A stretch of DNA of 64,000 nt, from positions 1 through 64,000 of the forward strand of contig NC_092672.1 in assembly GCF_964355755.1 (NCBI RefSeq), given 5' to 3'. The notes under the pieces are model-generated. The model was not told where the DNA came from, searched no databases, and saw only the letters and a list, made by a program, of their open reading frames with translations. Source of the stretch: Antedon mediterranea. Its lineage: Eukaryota; Animalia; Echinodermata. Every line of letters begins with the position of its first letter. The first letter of the stretch is position 1. A program made the position numbers and the translations under genes. Of this stretch, positions 25,601 through 40,600 are shown in pieces.

Positions 25601-28600
25601 AAATGATGCTGCTAAACTGACTTACCCATAAGAATGATTACAATGCATTTCAGAATAATGTGTCTATGGTGGAATGTCACTTAAAAAATGATGCTGCTAA
25701 ACTGACTTACCCATAAGAATGATTACAATGCATTTCAGAATAATGTGTTTATGGTGGAATGTTACAGCAACTTAAAAAATAATGCTGCTAAACTGACTTA
25801 CCCATAAGAATGATTACAATGCATTTCAGAATAATGTGTCTATGGTGGAATGTGACTTAAAAAATGATGCTGCTAAACTGACTTACCCATAAGAATGATA
25901 TGCATTTCAGAGTAATGTGCCTATGGTGGAATGTCACTTAAAAAATGATGCTGCTAAACTGACTTACCCAAGTTCAAGTTCAAGTTCAAATTTATTGTCA
26001 AAGGCCCTGTTCAGACCCATGGCGTTAGACCGTTTTAGCGTACAACGTTACTATCAAGGTCACGTTACAAACCGCAGAGAAAAAAACGAGGTGTTCAGAC
26101 CCATAGCGTACGATTATCGTTACAACGGAAGTACGTCATCCAGGTTGTTTCTAGTTGCATATTCATGTACTCTTACCCATGTGTTTTCATCATTATTTCC
26201 ACTGTATATAGGCCTAGATCTCATCCCTACAATTATGACAAAGTTTGCCGTAAATCAAACATACCTCAGCATTTATTTAAGAAAAATATAGTAAAGCCAA
26301 ATTTCTGTTTCTATTGTTTTTATTTTGTAGTAAAAAACATTTTCCCCAGGCTATTGACTGTTACGAAAATAAAGCAGGCCTCGTAATGATGAAGAAAAAA
26401 ATGATTGTTGATTAGTCTATCCAGTCCAGTCAAAAAGATATATATTCTTTGGTCCAGTCGGTTGAAAATAACCCTTAACTTGCTAATAAAAGGGACACAG
26501 CTCCCCTTGTTTGTTTACTGATTTTTTTAGGAGTTAGGGGGTTTTCAGCATTAAACTTGTCCAGTCTTGTCTGCCTTGTATGAATGAGTGACTTGATGTC
26601 CCACGCTAGTTTTTAGCTTGAATGAAATGCGTGAATGGCTCTAGGCCTAGCTAGGCCTAAAAGCGGATGGGATCGTAGTCCATATGTTTAAATACAAGGT
26701 GCATGTATTTATGTCATTTGTTAGAAAATATAATGGTAATCAGTTGATAATAGTTTGTAGCCTTTGTAACAGTTGTATTTGTAGTGTAGTTAGGCCTTAT
26801 TTATTCTGGCCTTTTTGTTATTGAAATCCATCTCACACATTGACGATACAAGATGTCAGCCTAGGTCAAACCTTGTTTCGCGTCATAACAGCAAACGTTC
26901 TGATTGGATACAACGTTGACTTACAGTAGCGTCGTACGCTAAAACGGTACTATCAACCGTTTTCCACTACAACGCTACAACCGTTGTACGACGCGTTGTA
27001 CGCTAATCCCCAACTGTTCAGACACACATTCTTTTAGCGTCGTACGCTAAAACGGTCTAACGCCATGGGTCTGAACAGGGCCAAATACACAGTAAATGAA
27101 ATTTGCCTTCCAAGGTTCAAATTACAATAAAAATAACAACAGTTAAAAACATACAATACTATACAATGGATAAGATAATATATAAGAAAATATGCTATGT
27201 ATAAAACATTATGAACAATATAAATATTAAAATACTATATAAAGAATAAAATATAAAACGTCTCAAGTTATCTTTTAAATTGCTTGTTGTATTGCCTGAT
27301 TGCACACGGAAGAAATGATTTATTATGACGCTCAGTCTTCTTAATTGAAGGAATCATCCTTCCGGATCTACTGAAATTTATAAAGTTAAAAAGAGGATGA
27401 GACTGGTCGTTAATTATACATTTTAGTTTTTTCTCCATAACCTTATCGCATATATCATGGATAGATGGGACGTTTGCACCTATTACCTTCTTAGCCATTT
27501 TGATTATTCTCTGTAATTTATTTGAGTTATACTTAGATAAACTATTTAGCCATACAATACAGCAAAATGTTAATATGGACTGTATCATAGCCTGATGGAA
27601 TAGAGACAGCGCATCTCTGCCAATCTTAAAGTTTCTTAATTTCCTTAAGAAGTACAATCTTTGGTTTGCCTTCGCATAGACTTTGGCAGTGTTGGCGTTC
27701 CATGACAGTTTTTCATCTATCCATACTCCTAAATATTTATGTTCACTAGTTGTGCGGACATCATTATCTTTGATATTTAAAGGTATAAGTTGCCTCTTAA
27801 TTTTACGAAAGTCAAACACAATTTCCTTTGTTTTATTTACATTAATACTTAGACAGTTCATATCACACCAGTTAATTATATTATTAACTTCAGTTCTATA
27901 CGTGCTCTCATCATTGTTTACAATTAAGCCTGTGATACAGGTGTCATCAGCAAATTTAACTATTTGACATGATTCACTTCTAAGGTCGCTTGTATATAAT
28001 GTGAACAACAATGGAGATAACACGCATCCCTGTGGGGCACCGGTGTTTGAAACAATGATATCAGACAAAACATTATCAATTCTAACACGCTGGGTTCTGT
28101 TTTTCAAGAAATCTCTGATCCATAGACAAACAAAAGGATTAACATTCATACTAACTAATTTATCAAGAAGTATGTTTGGTTTCATTGAATTGAAAGCCGA
28201 AGAAAAATCTAAAAATAACGTCCTTACATATTGCCTAGGTTTATCCAAAGTTTCATAGATTGGATGCAAGAGGGTAGTTATTGCATCGTCGACACCTCTA
28301 TTACTACAGTATGCAAACTGATTATTATCAACAAAAGGCAACGTTTCTTTAATCAATACATCTTTAAATAGCCTCTCAAAGCACTTTGTAAAAATTTGGG
28401 TTAGAGCAACAGGACGATAATCATTTAATATTTTCGGCTTAGGTACTTTATTTATTTGGGCTATTATTGAATACTTCCACATGCATGGGACACAAGAAGA
28501 GCTTAACGACCAGTTAAATAATCTACAAAAGATAGGCGCAAGTTGTTTATAGCATGACTTTAAAATATTGCCAGTTAGTTTATCTGACCCAGCTGCTTTA

Positions 28601-31600
28601 TTTGGCTTAACACCCTTAAATACTTTCTCAACTGAAAGCAGATCAAATTCAGGTACATCAGATTTGGTTGTATTTAACTCTAGGTTCAGTTTAACATCAT
28701 TATCATTAGTATTATTAATTTGGTCATCATTATCAAATCTGTTAAAAAATATATTCAGTTTATTTGCAAAGTCCAATGGGCGGGATCCGGATGGAACTAT
28801 TGTTGTGTTCTGCCTTTTCGCGTTTCCAATAACTTTCTTTAATCCATTCCATGCTTGCTTGGGGTTACCGCTATCAAAATCATTCTTTATTTTCTCTCCA
28901 AATTTGCGTTTGGCATCATTAATTCGCTTTTTCATTAACTTCTGAATACGCTTCTTTTCCATAACATCATTATTGCGGACAGCTTGTTGTTTTTGCTGTA
29001 AAAGTTCTCGGATATCCTTAGTGACCCATGGTTTACTATTTGGATAAATTTTTATTTCCTTCTTTTTAATGATGCTAGACTCACAAAAATTAATATATTC
29101 AACAATTGTTTCCATAGTGGCGTCAATAGAATCTGTATTCATAAACACATCCCAATTCGTAGCTTCAAGACATCCTTTAAATTCCTCCATACTATCATTT
29201 GTCCACACTTTGATTTCCTTGACCATTGGTTTACTTTGTTTTAACTTTTGTTTATAAGCTGGTATTAAATGAATCATCTTGTGATCTGATTTACCAAGAC
29301 CTGCCTTAGGCGACGACTTGTACGCGTTCTTTATGTTGCCGTAACAACAATCAAGTATTTTGTCACCGCGTGTGGGAAAGTCTACGTACTGATAGTAATT
29401 CGAAACCTTCTTGAGGTCGCACGAGTTAAAGTCACCAGTGACTAACTTAACAGCATCAGGGGATTCTGTGTCCAGCTCACTTAATATGGTTTGAATGTCA
29501 GATGCAGCTACTTTCATATCAGCTCTCGGGTGGATGTAGACTACTGTGACAAAAATGTTATTGAACTCGCGAGGAAGATAAAATGGACGAAGCGAAACAG
29601 TAATGAGTTCATAGTTAGTAGTACACCGCCGATATTTCACCGTAACATTGTTGCACCATAGACTGTTGACAAAAACGCAAACACAGCCTCCAATGGATTT
29701 TCCAGAGTCTAGTGTTCGGTCAGACCTTTCACATGAGAATCCATCGATGTTTGTATCAAACTCAGAATCAGTATCTGTAAACCATGTCTCAGACATACAT
29801 ATCAAATTTGCATCACGATAATCCTTGAGATAAAGGGTGCATGCTTTCAACTCATCCAGTTTATTGCGAAGTGACTGAGCATTCCCTGTTAGTATAGAGG
29901 GTAGCGGAGCAGAAAACTTACGGCGTTTAAGTCTAGCTTTAAGACCACCTCTTCTCCCTCGTTTCCTATTTTTGATCTGCGCTCCTAACGTGTCAGTGTC
30001 AGTGGCACTAGGCCTAGATCTACGTTGCACGCCGGGTAACGCAGCAACAGAACAGAAACCAGAGCTCGAAACACGATATAACTATACTTAGATACATAAT
30101 GAAAGTAAAAAGGGAAGAGGGCGTTTTGGACCATGTGGATATTTAGGATTTTGCTCTCTCAAGGGCTCCAAAATTATCCGGTTTTAATTATTTTATAAAC
30201 AGAATTTGTGGTTAAGTGTCATTTATATCTTATTTATGTTGGGATTCTGTAAAATTAGCACCTGGTTTGGTTTGAATCTGATGTTAACACGTTATCCAAA
30301 AGCTAGGCCTAGGTAGGCCACAAACCGGAAGCTACCTAGCCAGGCAGTGTTCACTCTAGTGACTAGCTGAGTGAGGTGAGCAAGAGTACACGTGGGAATA
30401 GGCTATACAACAAACAAGGATGCCTAGACCTAAGACCGTTAAAGGAAAAGGGAAAGAGGATGAGGTGTTAATAGTTGGAGATGAAGACTCGGCAGATGAT
30501 GTTCCAACAGATGCAGTTTTGAAACAACTATCTGATATAAAAGACCAAGTCAAGTTTATACCCAGTCTCTTAGAAAATATGAGGGAAATCAAATCGTCCA
30601 TGGAATTCTTTAACAAACTAATTGAAGAAAACTGTGTTAAGATGAAAAGCATTGAGCAAGAAAATAAACAACTGAAAGAAGATAACGAAGATCTTACGAG
30701 AAGAGTGGAGAAATTAGAGAAAGAGCAGGATGAACAGAATCAGTATAGCAGACGAGAGAATATTGAAATAAGAGGTATATCACAAATTGCAAATGAAAAT
30801 ACTGAAGATATTGCACTGAAAGTTCTAAAGGAAATCGACAGTAGTATAAAAAAAGAGGACATCGAGGCGTCACATAGGATTGGTAATCGAGATAGAATAG
30901 ACAGACCAATAATTGTCAAATTTTGCAGCAGAAAGAAGCGTGATCAAGTATATAATGACAGGAAAAAGATTAGGAATACAACTACTGATATGCTTGGATA
31001 CACAGGTAAAAACCACATATATGTTAATGAAAACTTAACTCAAAAGAAACGTAGTCTTATGGGAAAAATAAACGATATAAGGAAGACAAAGAACTATAAG
31101 TATTTGTGGACATACAATGGGCGCATCTATGTACGCAAACAACAGGGTTCAATGTTGATTGTTATTAATAGTGAAGATGATATTGGTAAAATTGTATAAT
31201 AATGCTAATAGTTTTTCTGTACTTAAATATTTATTTATATGGTTTTAATGGCTAACCAAAATCTAGATTATCAATTACATAATAGCTGTAAGACATATTC
31301 GTCATCTGAATTTTGTAATTTTTTTGATAATAAATCTCAATCAGTGTTTTCAGTATCTCACATTAATATTAGATCGCTTAACAAGAACTTTGAAGAATTT
31401 AAATTATTTTATGAGGAATTGGTTCAAAGTAAATTTAAAATTATAGCCTTGTCGGAAGTGTGGCAAGTTACAAACAAGGATTTGTTTAAAATGAATAATT
31501 ACTCGTTGGAAACTAAATGTCGTATTAATCAAAGAGGAGGTGGAGTAGGAGCGTACATACATGATTCAATTAATTATACGGCTATTGATTATAATGTACA

Positions 31601-34600
31601 TCATTCTGAGTCTTTATGGCTGGAAATAGATGTTGGTCAAAATAAATCCCTCATAGTTGGAGTTTTATATAGGCAACCAAATACAAACGTTGAGGAATTT
31701 ATTGAAAGCCTAGAATTGTCACTTGCAAATATTAAACAACAAGGTACTGAATGCATATTAATTGGGGATTTTAATATTAATGCCAGTAATTTAAATGCTG
31801 CAGATGCTTTAAGTCTAAAAAATAGCTTGTCTTGCTTAAACTTTATACAACTTATTAATGTATATACACGAATAACCAGTAGTTCAAGAACAACAATTGA
31901 TCATGTATATACAAATATCCATTCTAGATTTTTAACTTCAGGAACCATAGAATTAGATATATCAGACCATTTGGCTACTTTTTGTATGTTAGAGAACTTT
32001 AATGACTACTTCCAACAGACTGATCAAATCAAATTTAGAAAATTTTCCAAGTTTAATATCCAACACTTCCAACATGATCTTATGAATGTAAATTGGTCTG
32101 AAGTATTTGATAGTCAAGAGGTAAATTCTGCTTACACAGAGTTTAAAAGGTTATTTCTAGAAGTTTGTAATAAACATGCACCATTAGTTTTAAAAACTGT
32201 TAACCCAAGAAAGAAACTAAAGAAACCATGGATTAATTCTAGTATAAAAAAATCAATTAAGCATAAACATAGGTTATTTTCAAAGGTAATAAAAAGTAAC
32301 TAGATTTAATTCGTCACTATGACGAATTATAGGTTATATGCCTTGATTTAAATAAAGATAATTGATTTTTAAAAGATATATTGATTGATTGATTTTCTCA
32401 GAATCTTTAATTATTTATAATATATGATAGGACCTTGCTAACGCGAACACCATAGCCGGTATCACAATCCGATCAAAGATCCATATGCGTATAATGTCAT
32501 AAACCACATTTGTTGTTACATAATAAAATAAAGACATAAGTTAATTTTTATCTAGATTTCATTATAAATCATGTGTATAATCTATACACTAAGAAATAAA
32601 TTTGAACAAACAATACGGATAATAAAAAAAAAAAATTCGTATTTCGTTTCCCAAGGTGAGACTCGATCTCGGTACCTTGAATGCCATAGACACGAGCACA
32701 GACCACCGAGCCGTACACAACTGACTAAAAGTTGTAGAAAAATTCCTCCGTGTATTTACTATGCAGTAACCAGTTTGATGCAAATAGATTATTACATACC
32801 GAAATGAATTATAATTTTTTACTATGATGACATCTTTAAAATGTATACAAATGATGGACTGTCAAACTACATACTTTTAACTTTAATATATGAATTTTTG
32901 AAGGAAGAAAGTTAATGTTAAGTTTGTTATTTTGGCCTAAGAGAATGTCATAATTTGTTTGATTGTCGAAATTATTTTTTTTTAATTTAATATGCAATTA
33001 ATGATGACTTAATCAACTTTTGTTCTCTTTATTTCATAAGAAATCATACATATGATACATACACTTCAAGAAAATTAAATAAAAAATAGGTGTTCCCGAG
33101 CATTCTAACGATATATATTAATTTTAAAATTTAGCATATTTTCACCATTTTGTTAACTTACACGTGCGTAGCCTGTCACTTTTGACGTGCTCGTATAACG
33201 CTGTTTCGCATTGAAAAGTGAATAAAATATGATGATATTATTAAAGAAAGGTTATACAACAGTAATCGGACAAAAACAGTGCGCATTAACGTTTGACGCG
33301 CAGTGCACGTGCAAAAATCTGCGCACTCATGGCAATTTTTTAAACGCTTAAAATTGCCTGAAACGTATTCTAATTTCATCGAAAATAAATTCTGACAATT
33401 TTCAACATTCTAAGCGCGCGTACGCATGCGTTATATGCGCTACGCACGTAATTGTATTGCCATATGATGAAATATGACCTGAAATTTATGAGTACCAAAT
33501 TTTGTTTAAAAGTGATTCATGCTTGTGAAGATATGATTACAAACGTGATTTCGTTAAATCGCACGTAGACCGCGTAATGTTTGATTGCGCACCCTGAAAA
33601 CATAACCACATCGATTCCTGGCCATAAGGAATATACTCTGAAAAATTGACTTAGATAGATGAAACTGATATCAAGATAATTCACGGACAAAATAGTGCTA
33701 AGGAAAGAATAAACTAGATTTAATTCGTCACTATGACGAATTATAGGTTATATGCATTGATTTAAATAAAGATAATTGATTTTTAAAAGATATTTTGATT
33801 CATTGATTTTCTCAGATTCTTTAATTATTTATAATATATGATAGGACCTTGCTAACGCGAATACAATAGCCGGTATCACAATCCGATCAAAGATCCCTCT
33901 GCGTATAATGTCATAAACCACATTTGCTGTTACATAATAATAAAGACATAAGTTATTTTTTATCTAGATTTCATTATAAATCATGTGTATAATATATACA
34001 CTAAGAAATAAATTTGAACAAACAATACGGATAATAATATAATAATAATAATTTCGTTTCCCAAGGTGAGACTCGATCTCGGTACCTTGAGTGCCATAGA
34101 CACGAGCACACACTACCGAGCCATACACAACTGACTAAAAATTGTAGAAAAATTCCTCCGTGTATTTACTATGCAGTAACCACTTTGGTGCAGATAGATT
34201 ATTACATACCGAAATGAATTATAATTTTTTACTATGATGACATCTCTAAAAATGTACAAAAAGGATGCACTGTCAAACTATATACTTTTAACTTTAATAT
34301 ATGAACTTTTGAAGGAAGAAAGTTAATGTTAAGTTTGTTATTTTGGCCTAAGAAAATGTCATAATTTGTTTGATTGTCGAAATGAATTTTTTTTTATTTA
34401 ATATGCAATTAATTATGGCTTAATCAACTTTTGTTCCCTTAGTTTAATAATAAATCATACATAAGATACATACACTTCAAGAAAATGAAATAAAAAATAT
34501 GTGTTCCCGAGCATTCTGACGATCTATATTAATTTTAAAATTTAGCATATTTTCACCATTTTGTTAACTTACACGTGCGTAGCCTGTCACTTTTGACGTG

Positions 34601-37600
34601 CTCGTATAAGGCAATTACGCGTTGAAAAGTGAATAAAATATGATGATATTATTAAAGAAAGGTTGTACAACCGAAATCGGACAAAAAGAGTGCGCATTAA
34701 CGTATAACGCGCAGTGCGCGTGCAAAAATCTGCGCACTCATGGCAATTTTTTAAACGCTTAAAATTGCCTGAAACGTACTCTAATTTCATCGAAAATAAA
34801 TTTTGACAATTTTGAACATTTTAAGCGCGCGTACGCAAGCGTTATATGCGCTACGCACGTAATTGTATTGCCATATGATGAAATATGACCTGAAATTTAT
34901 GAGTACCAAATTTTGTTTAATTGTGATTCATGCTTGTGAAGATGTGATTACAAACGTGATTTCGTAAAATCGCGCGTTGACCGCGTAATTTTTGATTACG
35001 CATCGTGAAAATATAACCACATCGATTCCTGGCCATAAGGAATATACTCTGAAAAATTGACTTAGATAGATGAAACTGATATCAAGATAATTCACGGACA
35101 AAATAGTGCTAAGGAAAGAATAAATAAATAAATAAAGATTTTGACAGAATCAAGAGGTTATATGCATGATAATGCATATAACCTAATTACAATGTAGATA
35201 TGTTAGCAAAGTATAAACGATATCGAAATTGTCTTACAAACACCTTAAGAACAGCAAAACAGAAATATTACTCAGATCAATTTGAAGAAAAGTGTGGTAA
35301 CACAAATAAAATATGGGAAATTATTAATGATATTTTAGGAAGAGGTAAGAAGAAAATGAAATTACCTAATAAATTAGAAATTAAATCATGTGATGGCAAT
35401 GTTAATATAGAAACTAATCAAACAGCAATAATTAATGGTTTTAACGATTATTTTGTTTCAATTGGAAAAAATCTTGCAGAAGAATGTATTGATAACACAA
35501 ATGTAAATCATAATATATATTTATCAACTGTACCCCAGAATTCATTATTTTTCAATTATGTTGTTGATGAAGAAGTAAATGATATCTTAAAGGGTTTAGA
35601 TAAGAATAAAGCTGTAGGCTTGGACCAAATTAATCCTAAATTAATTATATATGCAGCAGATTATATATCTAGACCTTTTACGTATATAATTAATTTGTCA
35701 CTATCTACAGGGATCTTCCCTGATGACTTAAAAAAAGCAAAGGTATTTCCATTATTTAAAAAGGGTCTGCCATCAGATCCAGGGAATTACAGACCAATAT
35801 CTGTATTGCCACAATTTAGTAAAGTATTTGAGAAAATTATAAATAAGCAACTTTTATGTTATTTAAGTAAATTTGATTTATTATATCATCAACAGTATGG
35901 ATTTAGAGAAGGGTACAGCACAAAACTTGCTATTATTGAGTTAGTACAAAATTTGTCTGAGAAATTAGATAAGGGAAACATAGTTGTTGGAATATTTTTA
36001 GATCTAAAGAAAGCATTCGATACAGTCAATCATCAAATACTACTGGATAAGTTAAGTGCATATGGGATAAGAGGGTTGCCATTAGCTTTATTTAAAAATT
36101 ATTTATATAATAGGAAGCAATGTATCAGTGTAAATGGAATAGAGTCTAATGAGAATTCAATAACTTGTGGAGTACAACAAGGGTCGGTCTTAGGACCTAC
36201 ATTGTTTCTTATTTATGTAAATGATATTGTAAACTCTTCTGACTTTTTTGATACACGATTATTTGCAGATGATACTAGTTTATTTTGTTCTTTTAATCCA
36301 CATGAAATTGTTGACCTAACAAATGTAAATGAGCAGTTGAAACATATAGTAGATTGGTGTGATGTTAATAAGTTGACAATTAATTCTAAAAAGACAAATT
36401 ATATTATATTTCGTAATCAGCATACAATAATTGAAGTAAAGGGGGATATATACATAAAGGAATCAAAATTAGATGAAGTTGAAGCTACAACTTACATTGG
36501 GGTAGATATAGATAATAGACTTACATGGAAAGTGCATTCTAATAAGGTTAATAAAATTATTAGTTCTAAGGCTGGTTTATTGTACAAACTTAAATATGTT
36601 GTACCCCAATCAATTTTGGTGCTTTTATATAATTGTTTTATTTTGCCTCATATTTCATTTGCATTAGAAGCTTGGGGTAACACTTATAAAACTCATTTAA
36701 AACCAGTATATTTAACACAAAAACGTATTATACGCACATTGACTTATTCTGATAGACTAGCACCAACATCATTATTATTCAAAGAACTTAAAATTTTAAA
36801 TATTTATCAGCAGCATCAGTATTTAATTACTTTATTTGTTCATGATAGTTTACATGGTAAATTTCCAGATACAACTCCTAAATATTTTTTGTATATTAAT
36901 TTTCGTTATTCATCAAGGTCTCAGACTAGAGAAAAGTTGTATGTACCAAAATATAGAACAAACATAGGACAACATTCCATCAAGTATTCTGGTGCAAAGC
37001 TCTGGAATGAAATCCCGGATGATTTAAGGTTTCTAACAAAAAGCAAATTCAAAAAAGAAATGAAAACATACTATTTGTTTGTATAGTGATATTTATTTAT
37101 TTTATAAGAGAATTATATTGTATATATTTGAGAGAAAGTGTATTTAAAAAAAAAAAAAAATGTTAATGTATATTAATTTTATTTTAGACAAGTAGCCCTA
37201 ATTTATTTATATAACTATTTATATTTCAATGTTTAGGGGCTGAACTTGATTAGTTTTAACTATTTTTTAGCCCTTCCCTTGATATAATTATTATTATTTG
37301 TATATTACAATGTTTATCATTTATATTTATGGGTAAATAAAGAAAGAAAGAAAGAAAGAAAAATAAGGCAACTGGATACAAAAATATCACCGAAACAACA
37401 AATTTAAGACGATATAACAAGACAATTTCCGAACCTTGGTGGTCGCCCTCAGTGTAGCGCCCTCTCTCCCCTTGGTGGTCGCCCTCAGTGTAGCGCCCTC
37501 TCTCCCATAAGAATGATTACAATGCATTTCAGAATAATGTGTCTTTGGTGGAATGTCACTTAAAAAATGATGATGCTAAACTGACTTACCCATAAGAATG

Positions 37601-40600
37601 ATTACAATGCATTTCAGAGTAATGTGCCTATGGTGGAATGTCACTTAAAAAATGATGCTGCTAAACTGACTTACCCATAAGAATGATTACAATGCATTTC
37701 AGAATAATGTGTCTTTGGTGGAATGTCACTTAAAAAATGATGCTGCTAAACTGACTTACCCATAAGAATGATTACAATGCATTTCAGAGTAATGTGTCTT
37801 TGGTGGAATGTGACTTAAAAAATGATGCTGCTAAACTGACTTAACCATAAGAATGATTACAATGCATTTCAGAGTAATGTGTCTATTGTGGAATGTCACT
37901 TAAAAAATGATGACGCTAAACTGACTTACCCATAAGAATGATTACAATGCATTTCAGAATAATGTGTCTTTGGTGGAATGTCACTTAAAAAATGATGCTG
38001 CTAAACTGACTTACCCATAAGAATGATTACAATGCATTTCAGAATAATGTGTCTTTGGTGGAATGTCACTTAAAAAATGATGCTGCTAAACTGACTTAAC
38101 CATAAGAATGATTACAATGCATTTCAGAATAATGTGTCTATGGTGGAACGTCACTTAAAAAATGATGCTGCTAAACTGACTTACCCATAAGAATGATTAC
38201 AATGCATTTCAGAGTAATGTGTCTTTGGTGGAATGTCACTTAAAAAATGATGCTGCTAAACTGACTTAACCATAAGAATGATTACAATGCGTTTCAGAAT
38301 AATGTGTCTATGGTGGAATGTCACTTAAAAAATGATGCTGCTAAACTGACCTAACCATAAGAATGATTACAATGCATTTCAGAGTAATGTGCCTATGGTG
38401 GAATGTCACTTAAAAAATGATGATGCTAAACTGACTTACCCATAAGAATGATTACAATGCATTTCAGAATAATGTGTCTTTGGTGGAATGTCACTTAAAA
38501 AATGATGATGCTAAACTGACTTACCCATAAGAATGATTACAATGCATTTCAGAATAATGTGTCTATGGTGGAATGTCACTTAAAAAATGATGCTGCTAAA
38601 CTGACTTACCCATAAGAATGATTACAATGCATTTCAGAATAATGTGTCTTTGGTGGAATGTCACTTAAAAAATGATGATGCTAAACTGACTTACCCATAA
38701 GAATGATTACAATGCATTTCAGAATAATGTGTCTATGGTGGAATGTCACTTAAAAAATGATGCTGCTAAACTGACCTAACCATAAGAATGATTACAATGC
38801 ATTTCAGAGTAATGTGCCTATGGTGGAATGTCACTTAAAAAATGATGCTGCTAAACTGACTTACCCATAAGAATGATTACAATGCATTTCAGAGTAATGT
38901 GTCTTTGGTGGAATGTGACTTAAAAAATGATGCTGCTAAACTGACTTAACCATAAGAATGATTACAATACATTTCAGAGTAATGTGTCTATGGTGGAATG
39001 TCACTTAAAAAATGATGACGCTAAACTGACTTACCCATAAGAATGATTACAATGCATTTCAGAATAATGTGTCTTTGGTGGAATGTCACTTAAAAAATAA
39101 TGATGCTAAACTGACTTACCCATAAGAATGATTACAATGCATTTCAGAATGCTGATACTGAGCTATCCAATCAGATTTTGCATGTTTTGGTGATACCTTT
39201 GTATATCTTAATTTGATGTCATCAAGTGATTGAACCTTGTTGGTACGGCCAATGTTTGGACGGAACTGTTGTACCATTCCTGTTTCAGCTGCATTTTTCA
39301 CAAGAATAGCTAGACATTTCTCATTATACCGCTTAAAGAAAAATATTATAACAGGTTTACCATAATTGTTTGAATCCATATTATGCCAGGTAGGATTTGC
39401 AAGGAATCTAAAAAAATACTTTAAATATATATATCAAATAAAACAACACACACACTTGTGGGGCATTAAGACATTTATACACCAAATGAGCTTGACGACT
39501 ACTTAAGGTTAGTTACTTACTTACTGAAATGTAAATGTATTTAGCACTGTACATAACATCAAATGCAATGTATATACAATACTGCATGGCGTTGTTAGAG
39601 AGTAACTGAAAAAGAGTTTAAATTACCTTATTTGATTTGTAAAATGAACAGTCTCCTTGAATGAAAAAATCTAATGCTTGATCATATGAAATTCCACGAT
39701 CTGACACAATCTATATAAGAAACAGACAGCAGTAATAATACCTTATAAATGTTAAAATATGTTATAGAAACAGACCACAGTAATAATACCTTATGAAGTT
39801 AAAATATGGTATAGAAACAGACCGCAGTAATAATACCTTATGAAGTTAAAATATGGTATAGAAACAGACCGCAGTAATAATACCTTATGAAGTTAAAATA
39901 TGGTATAGAAACAGACCGCAGTAATAATACCTTATGAAGTTAAAATATGGTATAGAAACAGACCGCAGTAATAATACCTTATTAAGTTAAAATATGGTAT
40001 AGAAACAGACCGCAGTAATAATACCTTATTAAGTTAAAATATGGTATAGAAACAGACCGCAGTAATAATACCTTATGAAGTTAAAATATGGTATAGAAAC
40101 AGACAGCAGTAATAATACCTTATGAAGTTAAAATATGGTATAGAAACAGACAGCAGTAATAATACCTTATGAAGTTAAAATATGGTATAGAAACAGACCG
40201 CAGTAATAATACCTTATGAAGTTAAAATATGGTATAGAAACAGACCGCAGTAATAATACCTTATGAAGTTAAAATATGGTATAGAAACAGACTGCAGTAA
40301 TAATACCTTATTAAGTTAAAATATGGTATAGAAACAGACCGCAGTAATAATACCTTATTAAGTTAAAATATGGTATAGAAACAGACCGCAGTAATAATAC
40401 CTTATGAAGTTAAAATATGGTATAGAAACAGACTGCAGTAATAATACCTTATTAAGTTAAAATATGGTATAGAAACAGACCGCAGTAATAATACCTTATG
40501 AAGTTAAAATATGGTATAGAAACAGACCGCAGTAATAATACCTTATGAAGTTAAAATATGGTATAGAAACAGACCGCAGTAATAATACCTTATTAAGTTA

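Larger units (their letters stand above)
30112..37358 (+). mobile_element. Full-length CR1/L2-group LINE inserted in the 5' region of the Rex-like element
   Basis: 5' UTR, ORF1, ORF2, 3' UTR, then AATAAA plus (AAAG)n tail; AAAAA on both sides (30107-30111 and 37359-37363). Confidence 0.9.
25971..37504 (-). mobile_element. Full-length Rex1/Babar-type non-LTR retrotransposon, host of nested insertions
   Basis: 3' tail (AACTTG)n at 25971-25988; 5' UTR resumes at 37364-37504; short TSD CCA/CCCA in the 85-bp satellite. Confidence 0.82.

Noticed and set aside
27683-30909. Antisense ORFs overlapping the LINE ORFs
   Set aside because: Shadow frames of real coding sequence with no motifs.
33176-34790. 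Duplicated 67-aa ORF in the HINE units
   Set aside because: Short, no recognisable motif, and explained by the duplication of a non-coding element.
39332-39407. Alternative upstream acceptor for exon 23
   Set aside because: It introduces an in-frame TAA; the acceptor at 39331 keeps the frame and the homology.
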